From NCBI GenBank assembly GCA_973895155.1, contig OZ316897.1:6562470-6626469 (forward strand): 64,000 bases of DNA, read 5' to 3'. The stretch comes from Marsupella aquatica. Lineage: Eukaryota; Plantae; Marchantiophyta. The position numbers and the translations under genes are program-made. Positions 1 to 13,030 of this stretch are shown here, piece by piece (within the stretch, counting starts at the first letter, position 1; the number at the start of each line of letters is the position of its first letter). The notes beneath the pieces are model-generated. The model made no database searches, was not told the DNA's origin, and was given only the letters and a program-made list of their open reading frames with translations.

Positions 1-420
1 ATTGGCAATGTAGATTACGACTATGGGCAAGATTTGTGGACAATACAACAATAGGGTATGTGTTTCCACTTGGCAATGAGTGCATAAGTTGGGGATCTAT
101 TTTGCAAAAATGTATGGTTTTGTCTTCTACAAAAGCAAAGTATTTTGCAGAGCAAAAGTCAAGAGCAAAGTAGGTAAAGAAATGATCTAGTTGGATAGGT
201 TAATCACACAAATGGGATTGCCACTTGGGAATATGAATCTCCATCGTGATATTCATAGTGCATTGCATCTTATTGTAAACTAAATCAATGATGGATGTCC
301 AACTTACATAGTAAAGCACATAATTGATCATGTCAAATTATTTAGATTGATTGACGATAAACTCAATCCAATTGATGTTTTTACCAAAGCGATTCCTTCG
401 GATTTTTCTAGACATGATGC
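1..420 (+). mobile_element. Degenerate Ty1/copia RNase H (3' end of pol), truncated by window start
   Basis: Manual translation gives TIGYVFPLGNECISWGSILQKCMVLSSTKAKYFA, KEMI*LDRL, LHRDIHSALHL and NPIDVFTKAIP, matching copia motifs (STTGYVF..ISWKS..Q.CVALSTTEAEY, LHCD.QSAIHL, NPADMFTK), with stops and frameshifts. Confidence 0.85.
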
Positions 421-916
421 CACATCGCAAGTTATACAATATGACACAAGTAGTGCAACTTAATTAAGGAAACTAATTATATATGTTATAATCTTTGATA
501 TATGCTCTTATCCGTAATTTCTGTTTAGGCTAGGGCTTCGTAAGTTATTGTTTGTTCTAGTATAGAGAGGGAAAACCTGGTACAAGTTTTTGTCAAGATT
601 CCTGATAAGTAATCATTTATAAGTAACAATGATGATTAGATGTGCTCCCCTAGACCTGACTCAAGGCCAAGGAGTTTTTAAATAAGCATTTATTATTAGG
701 TCTATAGTTATTGTATAGCTGCAATTACTCTAACCATAGTCCAGTTCTTGGTTAAGGTTAGATGTGCAACTACTACATTCACTAGCAAGACTTAGTGAGG
801 AGAATTGCTTACTTAGGCTTAATGTTACAAAGCTTTGTAGGAGATAGCCTGGATAGCTTAGTATGTGGAGACTCAACGTGACCAAAGGGCTCAGTGCTTC
901 AAGAGCGGTGGATCAC

Positions 917-1089
917 CTATGACATGCCTGTCCAAACTCGTCTCTCAACCTCAAAACAAGTTGAAACTTGGCCTTCCTCTTCAATGTTATCAAGGTTAAG
1001 AATCCTCCCTTTCGATACATTGTTCTGTTGCTCATCAATCTCAATGGCAATGCAATGTCTTTCCATGGCCAATGCACTGACACAGAGTG
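917..1089 (-). pseudogene. Fragment resembling the C-terminus of a beta-class N4/N6 DNA methyltransferase
   Basis: TLCVSALAMERHCIAIEIDEQQNNVSKGRI has the residue spacing of the family pattern TT.VAA..LGR..IGIEID..Y...AK.RI. FxGxG and the catalytic motif were not found. Confidence 0.3.
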
Positions 1090-1862
1090 TGTAAGAAACT
1101 GTAGGCTCCGGACTAGAAATTTGCGATGCGGCGACCAAAGGGTAAAGGAAAAATAAATCTGATAACTTTGGACAAGTCACGGACTGTGATGTTTTATGAG
1201 AAAAACTCAACCCCACAAAGGTCCCACAAGATAAGTACTTGAATATAATTAAATTATGCAAACTCAATTAGAGATTACTTTGCACTCACTTGGTCAAACG
1301 GTGTGAAATTTTCACCAAGACATAGTGCTCGCCGACGTGCATACGAGATCTGTTGTTGGACTGTACACCCGACAGCCCTTCAAAAGATAGAGACACATTT
1401 GACACTCCAAGTTGAAGTTTCAATCGGGAAATCGTCACTGCTTTCTAATACTAAATCTCCAACGCAACATGACCAGTGAAACAATCATGCAATTGTCGAC
1501 GATGATTCAATCTTTCACCATGATCCAACACACAAACGATCTGATACTACTAGTAAGAAACCGTCGGCTTCGGACTAGATAGCAATGTGGAACATGAGAG
1601 AGACACTCAATCAGACGTTACACCGATGAGACACCCCAAGTGGAGAAATTCATTCAGAAGGATCCACAGGAGGATCCACAGCATATGAGAGTACATGTGA
1701 AGAATGAGGGAGAGAATGTTCTCCCTCCAACCTATATCCCCAAGGGGGACTAAGATGTGTGAGCCTAAATAAGTGGATCTTATCCTAAACTAACCAAGGG
1801 CCACCTAATCCTAGTAAGGCCAAACTAACTAGAAGTCAAGAACTGAGAGTCAATTCCTAACA
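1090..1862 (-). mobile_element. Small LTR-retroelement-derived insertion (TRIM-like or internally deleted copia)
   Basis: Termini TG (1090) and CA (1862); 5-bp flanks GAGTG/GAGCG (4/5 match). The LTR-like segment 1553-1862 abuts a degenerate tRNA-Met PBS (+ strand gatctgatactac, about 1538-1550). The first ~40 bp at 1090 (tgtaagaaactgtaggctccggactaga) recur at about 1553 (gtaagaaaccgtcggcttcggactaga). Confidence 0.65.
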
Positions 1863-4752
1863 GAGCGTTGGGGTAAGCATTCTTTGACTATACTCTTTGT
1901 CTCTTCCAACCACTCTCATACAAAAGCATTTGCCCTCGTCAGCATGACTAACCCTCAGTGGGTCTTATTATCTGCACAAGCAACCAACCATTTCGGTAAG
2001 TAATCCACCTTGATCCGGGCCTTGATCTTGGAACCTCCAAGATCATTATCTTGCATCAAGTTCAACAGTCATGAGTAAATAGGTGAACAAATAGAGCCTC
2101 CTAGGCCCGCACAATCTTGCCACAAGCAAAAGCTAAGGTTGACACCCACTATTCGTCCATACTAGCCTCTCTATTGGCTATTGCCCAAATTTTCTCACTT
2201 TCTATCCGTCATTGGTTGACTGCCTTGCCTCCAAGTGACCCTCCAAGACATACCCATGGCCCAAACTTCACTTTCGGATGGGGCAATGAGGAGAATGGAT
2301 GCTTTGCCCACAACTAAGGAAGTGAAAGAAGTATTATGGATGCTCCCTTGCGACAAATCATCTGGGCCGGATGGGACTTCATAAAAATAATTTTTTTCCC
2401 ATGCTCAACAATGAACCCAAACTATAAGTATAAACTTGAGTCAGCCATAGTTTTAGACCTCTGGATCCGTTGGCCGAGAAATACGCGACCCCATGACCGG
2501 GATGAGGACTGGGACTGTGTGGAGCTTTCTTGGCTCCTATGATGATTTGTCAAAAAACTAGATTTTTTCTTATACTCGGCAAAGGGTCCGTTAGAGCTAT
2601 CTTGAGAGCGTTTTTTCCAAGTCCTAGATTTAATAACCACTGTCTTTGCTTGTACTAGCCTCCTCATCCTTAATGGTATCCATGTTGCCCATGTTGGTAG
2701 CAAATTTTAGAGGGGCTCAATGTTGGAGTTAGGCAACGCCGAAGCAATTACGAGTAAATGGAAGTCATATTTGCGATAGGGAGTGAGGAGTACAAATGTG
2801 TGTCAGTATGTTTGAACCAATATGATTACAACTTGTCCACGGGCTGAGAAATATACAAATACTACACTAGGGAGTATGATTTTTCCTCACACACCCTGAC
2901 TATTAAACTCTAGGGGTACCTCCTTGCCCCCTATAGTGATAGTGCGGGGCATTCTCATTGGCTCTCAAGTCCAAAACTCATATAGTTTAAACACTCTGTA
3001 CACCTTGGAATACAACATATTTGGGTCTAAGAGTGTCAGAGGGAGTGATTGTACTCCCTACCCTTGGCTATGGAACCCAGCCCTTTGAGTTCAGTAAAGC
3101 TCTCTTGAGTGTTCCTTTGGACGTAGACTTTGGTGAAGTGCAATACATATCTGCTATGTTGACAGGTAGTGTGTTAGTTGGACATTGCACATCTGCATGG
3201 TGTCTTCTAGTAGGGATCCTTTGCTCAGCATATAAGACTCCCAAGTAAACCCCTATCTAAGAATATTGAATGCATGGTAGGGCTCCCGGGTACACCGCAC
3301 AAGTTCATCACTGAGAAGAGGAATTTGCCGAGAGGCCTTAACCAGCCTAGACCTGATAAAAGTAGTGCCCTATGTAGTGCCAACTTGTTATAAATTGTAA
3401 TTATTAAGTAGACTTCACTAGCATTGGAGTGTCCCCTCCACTCCCAACTTGCTCTAGATTGCAAGTATTACACTTAAACCGCACCCTTCAAAAGCTACCC
3501 GTCACCCCTAGCTACCATTAAAAGTAACTTTTCCAAACAGTGGATGCACTGAGGAAGTGACAGACCCACTGTGGGGAACCCCGTGGGTTCCTTCTCAGTA
3601 GCCGGTCATACAGAGTGTGTCACTCCTGCTGCAATAGTTAAATCTCTGGTTTAGCTTCCTAGTTATGGTCATGCTTCTCTCCTGGTTCCGGCCTCCCTGG
3701 TTTTCTTTGGACACCACCACCATCAGTCCACCCTGGGTGCTGCTTCTTTTTGGGAGCCACCCCTGTTTTATGCTGGCTTTTTGAATGAAATTAAATGGGA
3801 ACTTCTCAAACACTAGAGCAAAGTGGCACCCTAGAGGAGAAAAGTGAATGGAATGTGAGAAAAGGGGAAGTTCTTGGACACTAACCTTCCCCTTATATAT
3901 AGCCAGTGGTGGTTTCAGTAGCACGGCAGTTCTCAAGCTGAAGGAATTGACTAAGTAGTCTAGAAGAGTGGTGGCCAAAGCCAAGGCCTGGTTTGATTTG
4001 TTTATTATTACTTGAGCAACACTGGTCCAGATCTTTGCGAGGTGCACCATCAACAATCGAGGAATGTTCATGAATCCTGGTTCTCGTTCATGGTGCTACG
4101 TTTGACAGAAGCAAAGTGACCGACCTCCCGCATTGGAGCAAACGAGAAGAACGCGGTGGTAGGGAAGCGGGACATCCCCGAGGTCGTTGACTGACGAGGA
4201 AAGGCAACGTCATGAGCACAGGGTCCAAGTCCAGGGACAAGCCCACAAAAGAGAAGAGAAGAGAAGAGAATTTGGTCAGTGGCAATTGCGAATGAGGAGA
4301 TCGTAGGATAGACGGATGTATTGTCGAGGAGCAGGCATTAAGGCTGGATTGTTACACAGTTCGGGGTTTGGAGAAAGGGGGCTTATTGCTAGTTAGATGT
4401 AGCAGCGCCAGTGTAGTGCAACGAGTAGCAGATCGATCGATCAGGGCGGGCAATAGCAGACAAAAGTATTTTGAATAGGTTGTGCGAATTCTTCGCAAGG
4501 CAGGGCCAGGGATAGATGATCGGGCCGTGCGTGGCTGGAGGCGTGGATTGATTATGCCTAGAGATCGTTCAGTATGGCTGAAGAATTGCCGATGGTGGGG
4601 AGGGGCAGGGGATAACGTCGGAGGATTATGGGGGTTGAGTTTGTAAATTGCATTTGCGCTTGGAGTCGGGCGCTCGGAAAGTCTGCGTTGACGGATAGAG
4701 AATTGGTGAACTGCATATCAGTTTTTCTGGTCGTAAGAAAAGTTTCGAGAAG

Positions 4753-7700
4753 ATGTGGTTCTTTTATCCTGTTGCGGTGGCAATTACGCTCATTATTGTT
4801 GGTGGAACGCTTAAATATTTTGCGGCAGCTAGTGTGCCCCTCCACGTGAACGTCATAGTTGGATACACTTGGTTTTGCACGGTCATCATCATCGTTCTCG
4901 TCCCCGCCGATATATGGATTGTAAGTCATAGATCCAATCTCATCCACTTTGGTCATGACTGAGTTGTTGGGTAGTTCATCAAGTTAGAAGTGCTCGAGCA
5001 TTTTCCAGAGAACTCTCTGCGGTACGGTGCGCGGCGATCGTGGAGATCTGGCTAATTGCCCTGTGTTAAGGCCTCAATGGTTGGCTAACGTCATTGAGAC
5101 TTCGCCCGGCTGCCGAATTCTTTGTAGTTGAATTTTCCACTTGTTTTATTTCCTCCAGAATTGTTACACCTCGCGGTGGTCGTGCCTATCAAGTGATAGG
5201 TGGCGAGGTTACGATTGTAAAGTTAGGGATCGGAGACGTGCGATGGTACATGAAGTAGAAACGATCACTGCGAGATCTCGCACCCTTCAACAGCTTAAGA
5301 TTTCCCTAACCATCGAGGGGCACCAAGTTTGGCCTTCTTGTTTGGCTCCTGTGGTCGTCAGCTGGGTGCTCGATTTGAAGACCTGGACCGCAGCGCCACA
5401 GTTCCAAACGAATGTGTTCACTGGGTTCCTATCAAAAGGACCTTCAGGTGGCATTAACGACTACAGTCCGGAAGTTGCTGTTGTACTGGGTCCCCTAGAA
5501 TTGAACTTCAGATTTTAAAATGTAGTCGTTACGATTTGATCTCACGGAGCACCTTCGAGACTTAGAATCGAAATTCGACTGTCCAGGACCGTGGAAGGGG
5601 GTGTTGACTTGCCTGAGAGTAGATGAACGGTATTTATGCGAATAGAATCTGCTAGAATATAGTCTCCTAGTAGTCTTCGCCCTCCTTCACGCTTCCTTTC
5701 AGTTTCTTTTCGGGAGATGAGATTTTTCTAAACAGTGGAATTTTGGGAAGAAAGGGTGCATTCTTTCTTTGGTTCAGAAGCTTGTTCCAATAAATTTTGT
5801 AGCTTTCTGAGCAGTGCCTATTACTTGGCAACGAGTGTCGCAGCTTGTTTGCGAATAGGAATCCGGTGGTGCAGGTTTGATTTGTAGAAATAGATTTATG
5901 ATTGCACATTAATTACTACCATCTTCCGGCAGTGCAAGAATTCATTTCCCGTTGACAACCTTTGAACTAGTGCCAGCTTTAATTTGGTCATATATTCTTC
6001 ATTAAGTGAGATTGGCATGGCATATGGATCTGGCTTGCGGACGGATAACCTCCTAGGGTATAACTTATTGTGTTGTTTGTCCGGATACTCAAGAGCAGAC
6101 ACTTCAAACTGGGGGCGGTGTAAATTCGTTACTTGGAGTGATGTGGGTTGCATCATACTGGAGCACCTTCTATCTCACTTGGTAAAATAACGTTCGAATG
6201 GCGCACTTCTCGTCAAATTGAATGGAGTCTTAGAATTCAATAAGTTGGCAGGATTATCTTAGTGTTGAACGTTTTTGTTCTAATAAAGAGTTGTGTTGCG
6301 GCTTGAATTTTGTTTTTGATTTAAGGAGAATATTTCAAATCAATGGCATGTTGTCTTCAGGACCATTTGCCCACTTCTTCAAGGTTATGAGGATGCAGGA
6401 GACTTCACAGTATCAAAGAGACTCAAGACCAGCATTCGAAGCAACCTAATACTATACTCTGCTCTAGGGGTTGTCGGATTCATTGGAATCTTGATAATGA
6501 TTTACATGAAGCAGTTGGAATGGTAAGGTTGGGTTATGATCGATTTGCCAAACGCCAGTATCCTGTCTTGAAATTTCATCATTTGATTACATTGTCTACC
6601 TGGCATTGTGACGTGCATGCCTTGTGGTCGAGAGGTAGAAATTTTCCCGGATAGTTGTTGTGTGATGAATTGCGTGGCAATCAATTTCAATACATGTTAT
6701 ATCAAGGCTTTTGCTTAAAGGAAATATCTTGTTGACAATGCTGGTGACTACTTTGGGGTGACACGATTAGATCTGAGTTCAGTGGTTTGCACATGATTAC
6801 AGGAGGGGTGTCATGGCTTTTTGTATGGCATGCTCCAACACCTTTGGTTTGGTCACAGGAGCTTTCCTGCTTGGCTATGGCTTGGTGGAGATTCCACGTA
6901 GTCAATGGAGAGATGCAGACCTGCAATTTCGACAAAAAATATTAAGTCATCGTATTGCCAGAGTTGCTGTCAACCTCGATGATGCTCATCAAGAGCTGTC
7001 AACTGCCATAGTGGTATGTTCACCTTTTTTGCTCCTTTAGTTGCAGGATTGTGGTACCAAGCATATCACCGTGTTTCGTGGTGTTACATTGGGTTAACGT
7101 AGCCGAACTTGACTTGTACCACATTTGACTTGTAATTTATTTGTGATTAGGCGCTGGAAAAGATTTATCTGTAGGTACACTTACAGATGCAATTTGGTTT
7201 CGAATCTCGTGTTAACAATTGTTTTACGGTAATTGGAATAAGTCGATGTTCATTCACGGCATATATCAGTGCAACATACCTGGTTACTGGAACTTGCTCC
7301 ATCTGGTTTGCCTAACTTTGCGTTGGTTATATGGGTCCCGGGCAGATTGCTCAAGCTACATCGAACCAAATGGCTAGGAATGATCCTCTGAGGCCGTGTA
7401 TGATTGTCATTGAGAAAATGATGGAGCAAGCGGTATGGAAATTTATTTGGTGGAGTTGTTGCTGATACCAAGTGCGGACATAATTTTTATTGCTGTTTGA
7501 CAAGTCAAGTGTTTCCCATGGTGCCAAATGCTTTTTCCAGTCGATTTGGTTGTTTGTGCCAGCATTCAATGAAGTAGGCTAGACTGGGTCTGATTCTTGA
7601 TTCAACAGACGAAAGAAGATCCTTCGTTTAAGCCTTCTGGAGGAAGAATGGGAGAGAGTGATATGGACTACGACACAGATGAGAAGACCATGGCAGATCT

Positions 7701-10700
7701 TAGACGCCGACTCAGGAAAGCAAAAGAATCTTATTACCGATATAAAAGGTACTAAACCCGTTATGCATACCGGTGCCGCCGATGCCATCATATAAACTGT
7801 ATTAAGGAGTAATGGATAGTTGTGGCCCACCCTTGTCTTGGACATTTTTATGCAGGGAAATATTGGCAGCTCTACCGTGCATTGCTTAAATGATCGTTAC
7901 TATTAATTTTTGGAGATGATTAATATGCGTGTGCTGGAAAGGTCTTATAGTGGTGATGGCAGTGACTATGCAGGTTACATATGGGAAGCTCTGGAGCTGG
8001 AAGAATCAGTGAGAAACATTGAGAGGGGAAAGACTGCCACAGAATGGTCGGAATGGTGCAACATCTGTCCTCTCACGGGATACCGATATATATGTACCAG
8101 TCTGTTATTTCTTTGAATTGGAGTAAACAGATTCAAAGGCACAAGCTATCAAGAACCGAAATCTTAGCCAGCAATTGCAGCCTGAATTTTCCATAAGTAG
8201 ATCGAGGAAAGCGTAGAAGAACGACCACTAGCATGTGCGGGTCTTAACACTTGCACCTACTAACGATGGGTTTTGCCTTGATTATGGGCCATAGTTGTTC
8301 ACAACCTTAGGGATCTTGTTTCTTTTTAACAAAGTCTGATAAAGGGTGCACCATTCTGCAGGCGTTTCATATCAACAATTCGACCACCTCGGACAGGATC
8401 TCTTGCCCAGTATTTGGACACAGCAGGTCTCTGTCTTGCTGCGGGTCTATACCCGTGGAAGTAAATTTTCGTGCATAATTATTCGCTGTTAATTTCTTTG
8501 GCTGCGATTGTTCAGTAGCACATTTGGAAGGATTGTCGACAGGTGAAGAAGTTGTACGAATTTTAAACCTATCCTTGTGAAAGCCTGCATTTTGAGTCTT
8601 GTTCGGTCTCCTTGGGTGCAGAGTATGTATGGCGGTGCATTCTGAGGCAGCGTGCTTTCAGGACCTTTGCTGTGGTTCTGGGGATCATGTCAGTTGCCCT
8701 TATTTTCGCGGAGGCCACTTTGCCGTTCGGACCTGATTTGTCTCTCTTCTCTCATTTGATAAGATTTGCTGGCCAACAAGAGATTCTTGTACAGGCCAGT
8801 TCCTTTCTCTTCAACCACCTAGCTACGTGACCAATCAGCTTGCCTTGACAGTAATTCCATGAATTGTTGTTCGGTAATACTTAGGCGTGTTTAAGATCCC
8901 AGTTCGTTACGAATACTGATACGATCTCACTGCAGTTGTGGATATAATGTAGCAAATTGTACTCTTCATACGTACTGACAAAATTGCAGAGGCAATGTGA
9001 GGCGTTTTGAAAAGCTTGTTGTAGTTTTACTGGCTTCATCTAGACTCTGCCTGAAAGCTTCCGAGTCTTGAATGAATTTTTTGAATGTTTCAGGTTCTTG
9101 CTTTCATTCCTTTGGTCTACATGTGCATCTGCACGTACTTCTCTCTCATCAAATTGGGCATGATGACCATATACTACTTGGCTCCCAGACAAACAAGTTC
9201 AGTGAGCTTGCTTATGATTTGCTCGTAAGATCCTAAGCCTTTAGTTGTTAGGGATTCTGCATAAGCTTCAACATTACGGGTCTTGCTACGATATCTTGTA
9301 GAACATCTTGTGGGTACGTAGACGATGCCTGATTTATTGTGCGGCTCACGTGCCATGTTTCATAGAGCACGGCAGTTGTTTGAAGTCTGTTGTGTTACTG
9401 ATGCTTATTTTGATACAATTTTGTCCACAGCATGGTAGCACGCTATGCTGCACCCATGTGCTATAATTTTCTCAATCTGATAGATCTCCGAGCTCCAAAT
9501 GGTACCACTTTTGAGAATGTGAGTTGCCTTGTAACCAATTGTCTCCTATTTGCATTGACCTCTGATGTTAATCAAATCGTCTTTTATTTGAAAATTTGGC
9601 TGCTCTTTCGAGTATAGTTGTTTTGTGACAAGGTTACTTGTGTTCCGAGTCCTTTTCCTCCTTTTCCTGGGAATTTTTCACGAAGGAAAAATCTTGATTG
9701 TTGCATTATATTTAAGACCATGCTTGTGTTGTTTGGTTTTTTGTAAATGAGCACATCAGAATCCTGAGTTCATTTCTTGTTGCAGAAAATGGGATCAGTG
9801 AAGAATATACCTATCATAGGGGCGACACAATTTCAGAACATATATCCTATTTTTATGGTTATATACACTGCTTTACTGGCCAGCAATGTCATCAGCCGTT
9901 CAATTGCCACTGTTGGGAGCTGGCGCAGGTTTCGTAGTGATTATGAAGATGCTGAGGGATTTGATCCATCAGGCCTGGTCATTCTGCGAAAAGGTACTCT
10001 CTTGGTGCCTCCCACAACTAAATTGCGTGTTCTTTGCTTACGATTAAAGAAGAAGACGTACTTTGGATTAAATGGAAACATCGGGCCGCGAGTGCGAGTA
10101 TCAGATCTTATTTTTTCTGGTCTGCCATTGTAGATTTTGAACTATCGCAAGGCTAGTTTTACAGTCCTTTACTTGCAGCAATGTACGATTTTATTATGCA
10201 AGGTCTCCAAGCATGGGTCGTACATTTCGAGACTGTAAAACTCACTTATGATTGAGTGTAAAAATTGGATTGGCTTTAGAAGCGCTTTTGGTAGTGAGTG
10301 ATAGAATTGGATTAGTTTGCAATGTAGATGGACAACTCCTTGACATTATTCCGAACTTGTGCCAGAGCGGAGCTGGCTTGAGCAAGGTGGTATAGTTGGA
10401 GAAAACGTCGTACCTTTGGCACGAAACTTTGGAGGCGGGATGGAGGTGGATATTGAAGCTGATCACCTTATTAAGGTAGGACCTGCGTTGATCCGAATTC
10501 ATCTGTCGGACTTCGTCTATGGTGAGGATTACGTTACATATACAGAGAGAATTTCAGATCAGTTATTGTGGATTTCCCGGTACATTTAATTTTTTTCCTT
10601 ACTGTGTCCAATGTCATGCAGAAAACCTTCGAAGAAACAAATGAATCCGCAAGGTCAGGGGCAACGCCTGGTGGCTCCCCTGCATTGTACAACAAGCTTG

Positions 10701-11185
10701 TGAATGGAAGATCCAGTGACCCAAACGAAAGTAGTGGAAGAACAGGGCAAGACGGGCAAGGTCCAGGCGGCAGTGCAAACAAGGATCGAGTATCTCGTTA
10801 CCAGCCTAGCCGGGATGCCATTGTAGCAAAGTATGCATCTAAGAATGATCTCAGGACGCAATCTGAATCGATCTCAGGGGGTGATTTCAGGCCACTTCCT
10901 AATCGATCATCTCACCCATCATCTCATAACGATGTTTCGAGGAACACCAATGAGAAGGATCATTTCCAGGGAGCAGCATCTTCAGGTGCCAGATGGGATT
11001 CCATCAAGCCTAACCTGCCAACCTTTTCAGCTCACCGTTTTGCACCGCTTCGACAAGAAAAGGATTCTTTGAAGCCTCAACCATCTACGTCAGACTCACT
11101 TGATAGTATATTCCAAGGATTGCGATCGAAAAGGGAGCCTAGTGAGTACGACGAAGACCATCTGGACTCTAGACTTTTGGACTGA
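4753..11185 (+). CDS. LMBR1 domain-containing membrane protein (LMBRD2-like), 14 exons
   Basis: Phase-consistent exons: 4753-4920, 6099-6181, 6361-6522, 6803-7013, 7346-7432, 7609-7748, 7963-8046, 8362-8426, 8622-8794, 9094-9224, 9431-9518, 9786-9993, 10366-10475, 10622-11185. Family motifs include LVPADIW, YWSTF.LTW, QGYEDAGDFTV, ACSNTFGLVTGAFLLGYGLVEIPR, GGRMGESDMDYDTDEK, PRQTSSV.LLMICSMVARYA.P and GFDPSG..IL.KERSWLEQG. Confidence 0.95.
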
Positions 11186-12821
11186 TTTCCCTCCAGAGCG
11201 GCAATAGCTCTGGATAAACAGAATATAACTTGAGTACCACCCTTAGCCTGGCTGCTTGTTGGAAATACCATCGCGTTGGATGGGTTGACCGACAACCAGC
11301 ACAACTGAAGGATGAAGATGGGCCGTATGCAGGATTCCTAGTTGATTGAAGTCATGTTCTCCTCCGACAGTGGGCGACTGTGAAACTACCTATGATCTAT
11401 CCTGTGATTGTTTGTACTGGAACGGTAGAAGTCATTTTATTCCGGTGACACATTCACACGTCAAACTCCCGGATTACATATAATTTCTCTAGATACTTCA
11501 TTCGCCGGCGTATATCTGAAGGGCACTGGACCTCTTCTGCACATTGTATATGCATGGCTTTCATCGACTTTAAACAGATTACATGTCAGCACAATTTGGA
11601 GTTCCATTACTCTGGAAGCGTCTCGCAAAAAATCGAGATCTGCAGACTGTCATTGGGAGCTCACGAATCCCAACAAGCCAAACAATTTCAGACGAGGATT
11701 GATGGACACCTGCTTCTGCGAATCTGCTGCTACGTCTGACTTCGTGCTCTTGGCTCCAGGGTCGAAAAAGGCTGAATTTATACTTGCCCATTAGGGGTTT
11801 GGAAGCTTAGGCTTCAGTTTAGTGTTAGGCAACACTGAATTGAATATTCTTGAGAGCGGTTGGCGATTTGGTGGCCTAAACAGTTCACATTTTTACTGTC
11901 AATTCTGACAAGGAAATAAAGAGTGCCAGTTGGAGAGATAGAATTCCGTTTTGCATGGGAATGTAAGTTTGACTCTATTCTCTATGAATGTAGCTCGTAA
12001 TCTGGAATATATAATGAGGCGTGTCAATTTAACTACAATAGTGGTCTGTAAATAGAAACTCAAGCGACTTCTGATATATTCATGCAAACATTATCAGGTG
12101 CCCTTGACGGGCTACCCATGTTATGAGAACGTATCAATTGGTGCGAGGTCAAATTGTCAGAAATGGAGAATTAGAAGCTAGACATCAGTGCGTAATTATG
12201 CCAAGGTGTCTTGTCTCAAGTTTGTTTTCCCCTGTACGCAAGTGCGAAGCCTCAACATTAATTGGTCATGATCATCGAGAGATGATGGTGGACAGAAGGT
12301 CTTGCGAGTCTGACTACGAATTCTTTGGATGAGATCGAACGCACATGAATTTCGGGAGAAACAGATCAGTATCTCCGTTACATTAGTTTGTGTTTGGAAG
12401 AAGTAAGAACAGAGTAGAAAAAAAATGGGAACGGTTTGCAAACATTTGAGAGATGGAGTTTGTTTCACCTGGCTTGGGCCCCCTCAAAAACAAAATACGG
12501 CCAGTCTTGAGACATTACGCTGTCCTGGCACGAAGATGTGAACTCATGGAGGAAATTCTCAACACTACACAAACATTTGAGTTTTACGTAAATAAACGCA
12601 GGGTGAGTTTCTAGAGTCGGTCAGTGGCGTTTTTGTATGGTGAGTCTATTCATGCTGGCATCGGCTCTTTTTCTGAACGCCAAAATACGAGGCCAAACAG
12701 CCTACTGGGGTTTCCAAATAATTATGCCAATTACTAAATCACCAAATCACCGAGTAGGGTAATCTTCATTTCACCACACCGAATTAACCCTAATTATGCC
12801 AATTTCTGAATCACTGGGTAG

Positions 12822-13030
12822 TACTATTTACTGACCCCCATTAGGGATCCTTTGCAAAATTCCTGGTTCCACAGCGCGCCACATCATCATGGCACGTTGC
12901 AAACAGGAAGAGACTTGCTTTTGAATAAAATTAACTTCTGCATTCGTGTTTGTGACAAGTTTGCTGTAAAAATTGGGACGCCATGCCGTAAAACAAATGC
13001 AAAAAAATTGACATACAAATCAAAAGACAA
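12822..13030 (+). mobile_element. Left end of a non-autonomous TIR DNA-transposon family (copy 1)
   Basis: About 200 bp (tactatttactgacccc...caaaattcctgg...gcgccacatc...cattcgtgtttgtg...gggacgccatgc) is similar to 15974-16170. Confidence 0.55.

Noticed and set aside
3595-4071. 158-aa minus-strand ORF and most other short ORF-track entries
   Set aside because: No recognisable domains; many are antisense to real exons, lie in TE debris, or use non-ATG starts.
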